This document shows positions 1 through 8,647 of a stretch of 64,000 bases of DNA, in pieces. The notes beneath the pieces are model-generated. The model searched no databases, had not been told where the DNA came from, and saw only the letters and a program-made list of their open reading frames with translations. Within the stretch, counting starts at the first letter, position 1, and the number at the start of each line of letters is the position of its first letter. The DNA lies in the IMG/VR virus record IMGVR_UViG_3300017991_000012, positions 1-64,000 of that record, one strand, 5' to 3'. The stretch comes from a virus. The position numbers and the translations under genes were made by a program.

Positions 1-115
1 CATAGTCCTGGTGATAGAATCTGAACTCCCAATCGAGCAGACCGAATTTCTTTCTGTAGTACAGCGCCCATTTCTTGAATTGCAAAAACTCCGACCTCGA
101 TGTGGTCTTCGCCAT
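1..115 (-). CDS. hypothetical protein, truncated by window edge
   Basis: Manual translation MAKTTSRSEFLQFKKWALYYRKKFGLLDWEFRFYHQDY, open to position 1; lies downstream of the promoter at 145-173. Confidence 0.6.
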   Translation of the reverse strand, partial: MAKTTSRSEFLQFKKWALYYRKKFGLLDWEFRFYHQDY

Positions 116-144
116 GCTCAGCCGCTTTGCAGCTACCCGCCTAC

Positions 145-173
145 AGTATGCGGCTGGCCTATGGCTTTGTCAA
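145..173 (-). promoter_or_regulatory. sigma70-type promoter
   Basis: TTGACA-17 bp-CATACT on the minus strand, just after a terminator. Confidence 0.6.
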
Positions 174-182
174 CCTTGGCCG

Positions 183-210
183 AAAAAAAGCCCGGCCTAC
201 AAGGCCGGGC
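183..210 (-). terminator. intrinsic terminator
   Basis: GCCCGGCC/GGCCGGGC stem followed by T7 on the minus strand. Confidence 0.85.
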
Positions 211-242
211 ACGGGGAAAGTGGAATGGCCATGGCAAGCCAC

Positions 243-704
243 TCACTCATTCTGTCTGTCGTTCAGCGCATAGTGATATGCACCTCGCTTCATCCCTCTG
301 CAAAAAGCCACCATTCGCTTTATGTTCTTCGATCCCACTGCGACAGTCTGCACCCGCTGCAGGCTGACAGCTGCCAGAATATCTGCCGGCACCCACTGCC
401 AGTCCTTCGGCACCAACGCTACGAGCTTACTCGTCAGCACCGTCCCAGTCAAGGCCGCGACCTGGCCGCCTTCCAGGAACTTGATCACCTTCTCGCACGT
501 CTGTTCAATCTGCTGCTTTCGCTTTTCTACCTTCGCCTGGTCGATGGCATCGAGCCATATCGTGGCCCCGATGTCGCCTGCGTCACGCAACGTGCTCCGC
601 TGCGCGTTCATACTCGGCTGGCGGCAGCCACACAGGCAGACAGCCATCAGCACCAGTACAGCGATCTTCCTCATCCTATCCCTCCTTTCCATTCCGATCA
701 CCAA
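243..704 (-). CDS. putative lipoprotein
   Basis: MRKIAVLVLMAVCLCGC signal peptide and lipobox; true start is probably the internal Met. Confidence 0.6.
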   Translation of the reverse strand: MVIGMERRDRMRKIAVLVLMAVCLCGCRQPSMNAQRSTLRDAGDIGATIWLDAIDQAKVEKRKQQIEQTCEKVIKFLEGGQVAALTGTVLTSKLVALVPKDWQWVPADILAAVSLQRVQTVAVGSKNIKRMVAFCRGMKRGAYHYALNDRQNE

Positions 705-827
705 GCGCCTTCCTGAGCGCTTTTGAACAACAAAACCACCATATGCTTGCGAATATCAAGCCTGCTAGAAATCCTAATGGAAACATGGCCCACCTCCTTT
801 CCATGCCTCCATTGTAGCCATCAGCAT

Positions 828-2270
828 CTAGCCCGTCATCCTCATTCTCAGCCTGGCCGGCGCCAAGCTCGCGTGGATGCTCGTCACCGGATCTACCAGG
901 TCGTCGTGTTCGTCAGGATCGTCGATCGTCTTTGCCTGCTCGACCCAGGTCTCTGCCAGTGGTATGTTCGCTATTTTCAAGCGTTTGGCTCCGCCGCAGG
1001 CTTTCAGCATCCTGTACAGCCTGCGTTCCTTCGGATCTTTAGGCGTGTACCTGTGGACATACACATCGTGCTGCTGCGTCTCGTCCAGCCAATCCTCGAT
1101 GTCAGCCGCCAGCTCCTCCTGGAAGCCGATGCTTTCCACCACATATCCCGTGATCTTGTCCTGGCCGATCCAGTCTTTCAGCGCATCCAGGTGATTCGGA
1201 ATCGCGATCTTCTCCCTGAACAGATCCAGAATGTGATACTCTTCCAGGTCTTCAGGGCCTCTGATGCCGACCATCGCAAACGCCGTGAAGTCCGCATCGT
1301 CTGTCAGGCTCTTCGCCAGGTCGATACCGACCCAGATTTCCTTGAACTGACCAATGTCGGCTCTCGTGAACGGGCTGAAGTCATGCAGCATCGCGTCCAG
1401 GAACGCCGCCAGCTGGCCTGCAGTCAGCGGCATGCCCATGAATTCCTGGTTGAAAAACGCCTCACCCATCTCCTCCCGGCGCTTGTGCAGCACCGCCGTA
1501 GGCTTATGCTCCTCCCACGTGCTCTGGTCGTGCGCGTCCAATGCCTTGAAGCTCTCGCCCCTGTTCTGCTTGATCCGCTTGGCCAGGATCATGTGCTGAT
1601 GAATTAGGTTGCCGATGCAGAAGAACACGCAGTCATTTGCCGCGCCGCCCATGAGCGCGGTATGGAACCACTGCCAGTTCTTCTCCCTGCGCTTTTCCGT
1701 CACCACGTCCTGGTAGTCCTCAAGGTCATCGCAGACAATCACCTGCGGTCTGAAGCCCATGCGCATCCAGCCACGTACGCGCCCTCGCAGGTGCGTGGCC
1801 CTGATGTGCACGCCGTTGTTGAATGCCAGATAGCCCTCGCGCCACGGACTTCCACGCAGATTCCCGTAGTGCTCCAGAATCAACTCGTTCTGCTCGAACT
1901 CGGTCTGGATTTCCTTCAGCCAATCGTTTGCAAGACCGAGCGTGTTGCAGCAGATGGTGATAAAGCGCCTTCCGTATTTCTCGACCTCGCACGTCCACAT
2001 CGTCGGCGCCACTACCGCAGCCAGCGTGCTCTTCGCCCATTCTCTCGGCCCGGCAACGTCCGCCGCCTCCATTGCACTCAGCTTGTCGTCGAGGTAGTAA
2101 TGGAGGCTGCTCTGCGTCTCGGTCGTGAACCGGTGCGGCATAAAGTATCTGCCCCACAGGAGAACGCTTTTCTTCGCGTCCTCCAGTTCCAGCAAGTCCA
2201 TCTGTTCTTCGGCTTGGACAAGCCGCGACAACTGCTCTTCGTCCACGTATGCCGGCTCCTGTACAACCAT
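828..2270 (-). CDS. terL: terminase large subunit
   Basis: Walker A-like GPREWAKST, Walker B VIVCDDLED, coupling motif IGN, nuclease motifs VGIDLA, DADFTA and HDDLVD. Confidence 0.93.
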   Translation of the reverse strand: MVVQEPAYVDEEQLSRLVQAEEQMDLLELEDAKKSVLLWGRYFMPHRFTTETQSSLHYYLDDKLSAMEAADVAGPREWAKSTLAAVVAPTMWTCEVEKYGRRFITICCNTLGLANDWLKEIQTEFEQNELILEHYGNLRGSPWREGYLAFNNGVHIRATHLRGRVRGWMRMGFRPQVIVCDDLEDYQDVVTEKRREKNWQWFHTALMGGAANDCVFFCIGNLIHQHMILAKRIKQNRGESFKALDAHDQSTWEEHKPTAVLHKRREEMGEAFFNQEFMGMPLTAGQLAAFLDAMLHDFSPFTRADIGQFKEIWVGIDLAKSLTDDADFTAFAMVGIRGPEDLEEYHILDLFREKIAIPNHLDALKDWIGQDKITGYVVESIGFQEELAADIEDWLDETQQHDVYVHRYTPKDPKERRLYRMLKACGGAKRLKIANIPLAETWVEQAKTIDDPDEHDDLVDPVTSIHASLAPARLRMRMTG

Positions 2271-2271
2271 C

Positions 2272-2433
2272 CTAGCCCCGTTTGCGTTTGCGCTTCAGAT
2301 AGGCCTTCCATTCGCTTTCGGCAATAGCCCGTCTTTGGCTGACAGGATATTCCTTCACCATCGTCGGGTTGCCCATGAACCTGCGGATGAACTCGCGCTT
2401 GCTCTCGCTCGATCTTGGTTTCGGTATTGGCAT
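2272..2433 (-). CDS. small basic phage protein (53 aa)
   Basis: Manual translation MPIPKPRSSESKREFIRRFMGNPTMVKEYPVSQRRAIAESEWKAYLKRKRKRG; good RBS; below the ORF-track cutoff. Confidence 0.7.
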   Translation of the reverse strand: MPIPKPRSSESKREFIRRFMGNPTMVKEYPVSQRRAIAESEWKAYLKRKRKRG

Positions 2434-2442
2434 CGCATCCTC

Positions 2443-2610
2443 CTATATAAGCCATTCGAGTGTGATCAGAGCCGCCGCGGACCCAGAGAATATCATCAGA
2501 TGTGTACCTGATACGTCCTTGTTTCGCCATAGCGCTTCGCTGATTTGGATGCCATAGAGAATAGTGCCCCACAGCGCCAGGCCCTTGAGAATGGCCAATG
2601 CGACTACCAT
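2443..2610 (-). CDS. small membrane protein (55 aa, 2 hydrophobic segments)
   Basis: Manual translation MVVALAILKGLALWGTILYGIQ...LMIFSGSAAALITLEWLI; AGGAGG RBS. Confidence 0.6.
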   Translation of the reverse strand: MVVALAILKGLALWGTILYGIQISEALWRNKDVSGTHLMIFSGSAAALITLEWLI

Positions 2611-2688
2611 TCCATCCCTCCTGTCAATAAAATGCCGGGAGTGGCCGGACGAGGACCACTCCCAGCAACCGCCTAAGCGGAGGACGTG

Positions 2689-3846
2689 TCATGCAGCTTG
2701 TGCGTTCGCGCAGCTGTCGCATTTCCTGCTTTCGCCCGTATGCTCGCCGCCGCAGATCGCGCAGTACTTCCGGCCCAGTTCCTTCGCCTGCTTCCTGCAG
2801 TCCTTGTCGCAGTGATCCTTGTGCCAGTTGTCCAGCTGCTTCCCGCACCACTGGCAGTATCGGATCGTCTCTCCCTTCTCCACATTATGCTTCTTCGGCC
2901 TGCTCTTCTCAACCTGTTTTTTCTCCACGGCCAGGACCTTCTTTGTCCGTCGTGCGCGGATGTCATCCATCGATGGCCATGTGTCCTTCACATTCACTGG
3001 CATGATCAGGTGCGACCACGGACCTTCCTTGATCCGCATCGGTGCGCCATCGGTCTTGATTTCCAGCACGGCCTCGACGTCGTAGATCTTCGATAGCGCT
3101 TCGCTCACGTACTTCCAGTTCAGCTTGACTGCCTTCGGTCTCGGCCTGCTCACCTCTGCCGTCAGGCCAATATCCACGTCCGTCTTCGGATCATCAGCGT
3201 CAAAGCTCGTGACGTACATCTTGCCCTTGTCGGCCTCGACGTTCACCGCATGCGTCTCGCTGCTGGCGATATTGCCCGCGACCTTCAGTGCCGCAATGGC
3301 CTCCTTCACCGCAAACTTGTAGCTGCCATCGTAGCTTTTCGGGACGATCGTCGTGTACCGTGGGAACTTGCCCTCTATGACGTCGATCATCTTCGGCTTG
3401 CCCTGATTGACTGTCACCGCTGCTCCGGTGCCGCTCACCTGTAGTTTGTGCTCGCACCTGCAGCTGTTGTCCGCTCCGCAGCTCTTGCACATGCCGTGCT
3501 CGTCCCAGCCTTCGTACTTTAGATGTTTCTCCATCTGTGCCAGGTCGGTGTCGATGTAGATCGCCACCATGTCGTCTTTCTTGACCTTGATCGACTTCAG
3601 CTGCTTGGCGTTACATACGACGTCCGCATGCGACACCTCGTCGCACTTGACGCTGTGCGGCTTGTGCACGGTGTACAGGCTCAGCCTGTGCGTGTCGGTC
3701 GCCACAAACTGCACCTTGCTCGGCGTGAGATGGATCAGAATACCCGCCAGCGGCCAACGACTTCTGCCCTTGCATGTCGCGAATTCGACTTTTTTTATCG
3801 CCTCCTTCCACACCTTTGCCTCCAACTCCACCATTGCCTTTGCCAT
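2689..3846 (-). CDS. dnaN: DNA polymerase III beta-clamp-like protein, N-terminally truncated, with Cys-rich insert and tail
   Basis: VATDTHRLS, IEGKFPRYTTIVP, LNWKYVSEAL and LIMPV match beta-clamp domain II/III motifs; start at MAKAMV behind GGAGG. Confidence 0.8.
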   Translation of the reverse strand: MAKAMVELEAKVWKEAIKKVEFATCKGRSRWPLAGILIHLTPSKVQFVATDTHRLSLYTVHKPHSVKCDEVSHADVVCNAKQLKSIKVKKDDMVAIYIDTDLAQMEKHLKYEGWDEHGMCKSCGADNSCRCEHKLQVSGTGAAVTVNQGKPKMIDVIEGKFPRYTTIVPKSYDGSYKFAVKEAIAALKVAGNIASSETHAVNVEADKGKMYVTSFDADDPKTDVDIGLTAEVSRPRPKAVKLNWKYVSEALSKIYDVEAVLEIKTDGAPMRIKEGPWSHLIMPVNVKDTWPSMDDIRARRTKKVLAVEKKQVEKSRPKKHNVEKGETIRYCQWCGKQLDNWHKDHCDKDCRKQAKELGRKYCAICGGEHTGESRKCDSCANAQAA

Positions 3847-3866
3847 GATCAGTCCTCCGCCTCCTC

Positions 3867-4475
3867 CTAGAACAACGTCCCGTTCTCGACGTAGAAGCCC
3901 CGCTGCTTCCACGACCAATGCTCGACTTCCAATCCTGCTTTCTCGAATCTCGCGCCAAGATCCTGCCACCGATGGCAATCTGGTGGCTCGCTCTCGCTGC
4001 ACATGATCGCCACCACGCCCTTGTCGCACATCTTCCTCACCTTCAGCACTCCTTCGAGCCTCTGAACCTCCGTCCACTCGTGCAGCCCTCCAAGCACTTT
4101 CCCCATCCACACGTACTCGATCTCGCCCAGCTCGATCGCATCCATCAGCGCTGGCCTGTTGAATTCCGGACGCCATCGGCTGTAGGGCCTGCTCCTCACA
4201 TCCACCAAGACCTTCACCTTGAACCTTTGCAGAATCCCCACCAGCTCTGCAAGCGGACGATTCCCGTACCCGATCGTCAGAATCTGCATCGTCTTCGTCC
4301 TTTCCTCATCGACCTCGATGCTCTCCAGATACTCCTCCGCACTCTCTCGCTCTCCCGGCGAGATTTCACGCTTCACTCTCAGTCTCGGTCCGTTCGACTT
4401 GCCTTCTTGCCAGGCTTTCCTGGCATGCATCGCTCTCTGCCATGCTTCGTATGGAAGCTTTATCTCGGTAGGCAT
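3867..4475 (-). CDS. DUF488 family protein with N-terminal extension
   Basis: TIGYGNR, VLVDVRSRPYSR..PEFNR, LGG, MCSE..P..CHR. Confidence 0.85.
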   Translation of the reverse strand: MPTEIKLPYEAWQRAMHARKAWQEGKSNGPRLRVKREISPGERESAEEYLESIEVDEERTKTMQILTIGYGNRPLAELVGILQRFKVKVLVDVRSRPYSRWRPEFNRPALMDAIELGEIEYVWMGKVLGGLHEWTEVQRLEGVLKVRKMCDKGVVAIMCSESEPPDCHRWQDLGARFEKAGLEVEHWSWKQRGFYVENGTLF

Positions 4476-4498
4476 CGCCTCTCCCTGTGGGTCCAAGA

Positions 4499-4537
4499 CG
4501 TATTGAGTATACCCCACACGTCTCACTTTGTCAAGTG
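4499..4537 (-). promoter_or_regulatory. early promoter with GTCTTGG leader
   Basis: CACTTGACA-17-TATACT-6-GTCTTGG. Confidence 0.85.
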
Positions 4538-4556
4538 GATTCGGAGCTTTTTCGTC

Positions 4557-5000
4557 TCAATCGCCTCGCTGTGCCTTGACGTAGTACCACTCCTTCCAGC
4601 ATGGGCTATCGTGGTGCGCGTTGTTGATCGCCAGCTCCTGTCCTCGCTTGTAAATCTTGAAGCTGCACTCGGTCTTGGGCAAGATCTCGCGCAAAAGTTC
4701 CTGGCCTTCGTGGCAGCCGTGGAAGACCTTCATCCCGCTTTGTCCTCTCCATCCGAAGTTATCCACACGCACGATCCAGCCGCCAGTGCTGCCTGCATCA
4801 ATGTCTTTCATAACCTCAGTCAGCTCGTCGCACAGGTACTCCCACTCGAATCTGATCAGATCCGGATCTTCGCACGCCTTCCTAAACGCCTCGTCGTCTG
4901 TCAGCGTCGGATCCTGCTCCTGCAAATACTCAGCCTGCTGCCTGGCGATCTCGCACGTGTCCCAGACCAGAATCGGCTTCTCTTCAGTTGCTGTCGTCAT
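4557..5000 (-). CDS. hypothetical protein
   Basis: ORF packed in the operon, protein-like composition. Confidence 0.65.
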   Translation of the reverse strand: MTTATEEKPILVWDTCEIARQQAEYLQEQDPTLTDDEAFRKACEDPDLIRFEWEYLCDELTEVMKDIDAGSTGGWIVRVDNFGWRGQSGMKVFHGCHEGQELLREILPKTECSFKIYKRGQELAINNAHHDSPCWKEWYYVKAQRGD

Positions 5001-5457
5001 CGTCTTTCCCCCAATGCTCGTCATGGATCTTGCTAGCCACCTGTTCCGCCTCCTGGAGCGTGTCGAATACACCAACCTCCAGCGGCTCTGTCGCGTTGCT
5101 CTCGTATTCGTCCTTGCCGTCGGTCACCGTGATTTTCTCGACCTCGACCCATACCTTGTATCGTGTCTCGATCTTCTCCTCTGGCTCTTCCGCAGTCTGC
5201 GCCACAACCGCCTGTGCCTTCCTGTACGCATCCTCCTCGCCTTCTGAAGGCACGATGCCGTACTTCATGTCGCTCTCGACCGTCTGTTCCATCAGGTAGA
5301 TCAATGCCTCAAGCAGCTCAGGCGCCACCCGAAACACTGGCGGTAGCTGATCGACGATCGCATGTGACAGGTTCGGCGCATCGTCCGGATCAACGCATGC
5401 GGTCTCGCATACCAGGATCTCTTGAATGCGCTCGCTCAATTCCGTTTGCGTGCTCAT
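4984..5457 (-). CDS. hypothetical acidic protein
   Basis: ORF with overlapping start/stop. Confidence 0.65.
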   Translation of the reverse strand: MSTQTELSERIQEILVCETACVDPDDAPNLSHAIVDQLPPVFRVAPELLEALIYLMEQTVESDMKYGIVPSEGEEDAYRKAQAVVAQTAEEPEEKIETRYKVWVEVEKITVTDGKDEYESNATEPLEVGVFDTLQEAEQVASKIHDEHWGKDDDDSN

Positions 5458-5714
5458 GCGTTGCCCCTTTCCTTCTTCTCCGTCTCTACGGCGTTTTTTG
5501 CCCTTCGGTGAATTGCCTCGACAAGATCTGCAGTATGCTGCAGATTGATCATCCGCAGCGTGGAGTTGATTGTCTTCATTTCCGCGAGTGCTTCAGCCGA
5601 TTCCGTTGGTGAACCTTGGGCGCGTTCTGCGCTCTGCATCAATCTCCACATGCGCCGACTGAATGCCTCAAGGCAATGGGCAGTGACCGCAAAGTGTTCC
5701 CGTTCGCTAATCAT
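5454..5714 (-). CDS. hypothetical protein
   Basis: ATGA overlaps with neighbours; AAGGAG RBS. Confidence 0.6.
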   Translation of the reverse strand: MISEREHFAVTAHCLEAFSRRMWRLMQSAERAQGSPTESAEALAEMKTINSTLRMINLQHTADLVEAIHRRAKNAVETEKKERGNA

Positions 5715-6013
5715 TGGCTGTGCTCCTTTCCTTCGGCTTTGGCGATAGCAGAGCGCGTTTCTTGCGCATACGCAGCCAGCTGCATAGCCAGCGCTTCCTG
5801 CTCCTTTGGCTCTATCCATCCTCCTGAGCAAAGTTGTTGGGCCGCTGCATCCATTACGGCTTGCGCATTCTTGCATGCCTCAAGCACTTCCGGCGCGGCC
5901 TCGATCAACCTCGATGCCTTTGTGGCATCGGCAAGCGACCGTCCGTTGTCGAGAGAGACCTTGCAGCCGAACGTCCCGCCAGCGTACTCGATCTCCATCG
6001 CCTTCATTTTCAT
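5711..6013 (-). CDS. hypothetical phage protein
   Basis: RLIEAAPEVLEAC...AIAKAEG, a common small phage protein motif. Confidence 0.7.
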   Translation of the reverse strand: MKMKAMEIEYAGGTFGCKVSLDNGRSLADATKASRLIEAAPEVLEACKNAQAVMDAAAQQLCSGGWIEPKEQEALAMQLAAYAQETRSAIAKAEGKEHSQ

Positions 6014-6022
6014 CTCGTCCTC

Positions 6023-6229
6023 CTAGTAATGCGGCATACCGTGCCGCTTGCACATGGCCTTGCGGCCCTTCAGATTATACGGCAGCTGTCTCGTCAGCTC
6101 CCGTCTGTCCACCGGGTACTCGCCGCGCTCTGGGTCAAGCACGATCGGCAGCTTGCATCGCAGCGATCGCACCCACGTCACCAATATCCAGTCTTTCTTG
6201 TCTCGCTTGAGCCAGTAGCGCAGATCCAT
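6023..6229 (-). CDS. hypothetical protein
   Basis: AGGAGG RBS. Confidence 0.6.
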   Translation of the reverse strand: MDLRYWLKRDKKDWILVTWVRSLRCKLPIVLDPERGEYPVDRRELTRQLPYNLKGRKAMCKRHGMPHY

Positions 6230-6239
6230 CGTTGTCCTC

Positions 6240-6671
6240 CTAGCCCCATTCTGCGGCTTCCACCTGAGGAAGCCTGCTCGTGATCCTGTGCGCCATCTCG
6301 TCTGACATCCGCTGCAACTGGCTGTACAGCGCCATCTGTGGTATGTTGCCCTCGCTGCATTGATAGATCAGACAGCGTAGCGCCTGGTACGCCTGGTGAA
6401 TCGTCGGGCTGGCCACCGCTTCATACTCGTATTCCTTGTCCTTGCCGTCCTCATCAACCGGACCAGGCACCTGGCCACTGTCGATGCAGTCAGGATAACG
6501 CTGCCTGATCGCTTCCCGGTTCAGGTTCCAGACACGGGTCCAGAACTGCTGCTGCTGCTCACGGTCCTGCATCTGTGGCCACGCCCGAAGTGGCTCACTG
6601 CCCCAGGCATTCCACAGCGCGAACGTCATCAGCTTGTCGATCGTGCTCTTGTCCACTACGTATGCGCTCAT
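6240..6671 (-). CDS. hypothetical protein
   Basis: MSAYVV...N...RYP...L.YQCSE pattern; strong RBS. Confidence 0.7.
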   Translation of the reverse strand: MSAYVVDKSTIDKLMTFALWNAWGSEPLRAWPQMQDREQQQQFWTRVWNLNREAIRQRYPDCIDSGQVPGPVDEDGKDKEYEYEAVASPTIHQAYQALRCLIYQCSEGNIPQMALYSQLQRMSDEMAHRITSRLPQVEAAEWG

Positions 6672-6684
6672 CTCGTCCTCCTCC

Positions 6685-6924
6685 CTACGCTCCTGGCGTG
6701 ATCATCTGGCTCCTGAGCACCATCGGCTTGACCACGATCGTCACGCCCGCCTCTGTCTCCAGCGTCCACTCGACTCGGTTCAGATCACAATGCCACGTTC
6801 TGCTCTTGTCCACGTTCACGCCTCGGTTGTTCGCCGCCGCCATGCCGCTCATCATCGCATGGTCCATCTTTTCGAACAGCCAGTGATCCTCCTGCACCTC
6901 GCTGTAGTAATGCAGCAAGTACAT
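6685..6924 (-). CDS. hypothetical protein
   Basis: Preceded by AGGAGGACGGACGATG. Confidence 0.65.
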   Translation of the reverse strand: MYLLHYYSEVQEDHWLFEKMDHAMMSGMAAANNRGVNVDKSRTWHCDLNRVEWTLETEAGVTIVVKPMVLRSQMITPGA

Positions 6925-6935
6925 CGTCCGTCCTC

Positions 6936-7214
6936 CTATCTAAGCCTGCCTTCTCCGAAGTTCTCGCCCTTCAGCGCCTGCGCCATCTGCGTCTCGCGCT
7001 TCATGATCTTATCCCACTCCTGATCGGCCTCGGCCAGCAGCTGCCTGCTCGGTAAACAGCAATGCTCGCTGTAAGCCAACACGTCCTCATCTGGAAATCC
7101 TCGCCCGCCACAGCAGGCGCACTCCTCGCCTTTGCGTTCTGCGTTGGTTCTCTCGTTCAGCTCGTACCTCAGCGCCTCGATCAGATCTCCGAACAGCCTC
7201 GTCTGCCTGTCCAT
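6936..7214 (-). CDS. hypothetical protein
   Basis: ORF packed in the operon. Confidence 0.6.
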   Translation of the reverse strand: MDRQTRLFGDLIEALRYELNERTNAERKGEECACCGGRGFPDEDVLAYSEHCCLPSRQLLAEADQEWDKIMKRETQMAQALKGENFGEGRLR

Positions 7215-7215
7215 C

Positions 7216-7479
7216 CTATTCCCTCCCGCTCTTGATGATCGTCTGTGCCATGACCTCGATCACCATGTCCCGAAGCTCTTCCGTCTGCGTCTCGTGGCTC
7301 AGCTCCTCGTCGTCCTCGTCTAGCTTGTCGAAGTACTCGGTCTCGACCCACACGTCCCAGCTCCCGCCTGCCGGGCAGAGAAGCACCTGCAGGTCCATGT
7401 ACGTCTCGCCATGCAGCGCTTCGCTGATCGCATCCGCCGCCGCTTGCGTAATCACGTTCGTCAGCTTGAATCCTGCCAT
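7216..7479 (-). CDS. hypothetical acidic protein
   Basis: Preceded by AGGAGGACGGACGATG. Confidence 0.65.
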   Translation of the reverse strand: MAGFKLTNVITQAAADAISEALHGETYMDLQVLLCPAGGSWDVWVETEYFDKLDEDDEELSHETQTEELRDMVIEVMAQTIIKSGRE

Positions 7480-7497
7480 CGTCCGTCCTCCTTTTTT

Positions 7498-7734
7498 CTA
7501 GCAGTTGTAAACGCCGTTGCCCTCACTGTCTTGCACCCACACAGAAATCTCTTCGCCGAAGTTGCTTGAGCGGCTTCCGTTCAGCCAACCATTTGCAAGC
7601 TCGGCCTCGTGGCTCTTCGCACGCTCAATCGCTTCAGCCTCGGTATCGAAAATCTCGCCGTCGTCAGTAACGCCGTCGACTGAGATCATCACAATGTACT
7701 CAAGGTCCTGCTTCTTCTCGTTGGCGTTGGTCAT
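7498..7734 (-). CDS. hypothetical protein, first gene of an early operon
   Basis: CAGGAG RBS within the conserved leader. Confidence 0.65.
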   Translation of the reverse strand: MTNANEKKQDLEYIVMISVDGVTDDGEIFDTEAEAIERAKSHEAELANGWLNGSRSSNFGEEISVWVQDSEGNGVYNC

Positions 7735-7760
7735 TTCGTGCTCCTGTGTTGTAACCAAGA

Positions 7761-7798
7761 CATATATACTATACCACACGGATTCGGTTTGTCAAGTG
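7761..7798 (-). promoter_or_regulatory. early promoter with GTCTTGG leader
   Basis: CACTTGACA-16-TATAGT (with TGn extension)-6-GTCTTGGT. Confidence 0.85.
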
Positions 7799-7824
7799 AA
7801 TTTGCCGGGAAATTGTTTTTTCAC

Positions 7825-7853
7825 AAAAAAAAGACCTGGCTTTCGCCAGGCCT
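7825..7853 (-). terminator. intrinsic terminator
   Basis: CCTGGC-GAAA-GCCAGG followed by a T run. Confidence 0.85.
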
Positions 7854-7876
7854 CTAGGCAGGTTTGGCTTTGAGGT

Positions 7877-8647
7877 TTACGTCTCGGCTTCGACTTTCGC
7901 TTTCACCGTCTCGTAGTATTTCTTGACGATTTCGACCATCCTGACCAGGATAGCGCTGATCGACCGGATGTCGTCTACCTTCTTCACCGTCCGCATGATC
8001 TCCTTGAACTTCGCGAAGTGCTGATACTCTACCACGTCCACGGTCCTGGCATCGCGGCTGATCAGCTCCAGCACCTGATTGTAGTCCTCCATTTGGTTCT
8101 GCAGGAACGTCATGTTCAGAACCTCGAATTCGATCGGCAAGCAGATCTCCTCGCTCCTGACGTGGCTGAACTCGAAATTGAGATCTGCCAGCACGCCGGT
8201 CGCGATCTTCGCCTCCACATCCTTGATGCTGTCGTAGATCTCCTTCAGAATCTGCTGATCGTCCTCGCCGTTCAGCGCGTTGTGCGCCAGCTGCTTGCTC
8301 TTGATCTGGTCTTCAGTCAGCTCCTCTGGCAGCACCATCACGTACAGCTCCGTCACGTTCGCCATCCTCGCAGCCCTTACCCTGTGGTGGCCGCTGATGA
8401 TCGGAAATTGCAGATTGCCCGCCGGGTTCAGTTGCTTTGTGCATAGCGGCATGCTCTCCAGCCTATTGTCCGTTGCGATATTCGCCTGCAGTCTTTTGAA
8501 CCGCTCAGCGCTCATCACCCTCGCATTGCGCTCCTGCTCTCGCGTCAGGTCTACGTGCACTTTCCAGATCTCAATTCCTGTATCGAGCGTTATCGCCAAC
8601 TGCGGATCTGGCCTGTCAACCGGCTTGCTCGGTTTCTGCTCTGGCAT
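7877..8647 (-). CDS. ParB/Srx-like N-terminal domain protein
   Basis: NARVM, IISGHHRVRAA, QLAHNAL.G.DD. Confidence 0.85.
   Translation of the reverse strand: MPEQKPSKPVDRPDPQLAITLDTGIEIWKVHVDLTREQERNARVMSAERFKRLQANIATDNRLESMPLCTKQLNPAGNLQFPIISGHHRVRAARMANVTELYVMVLPEELTEDQIKSKQLAHNALNGEDDQQILKEIYDSIKDVEAKIATGVLADLNFEFSHVRSEEICLPIEFEVLNMTFLQNQMEDYNQVLELISRDARTVDVVEYQHFAKFKEIMRTVKKVDDIRSISAILVRMVEIVKKYYETVKAKVEAET

Noticed and set aside
3847-4176. N-terminal extension of the clamp ORF as the missing domain I
   Set aside because: It overlaps the DUF488 gene in another frame and has no clamp-like sequence; a strong RBS precedes 3846
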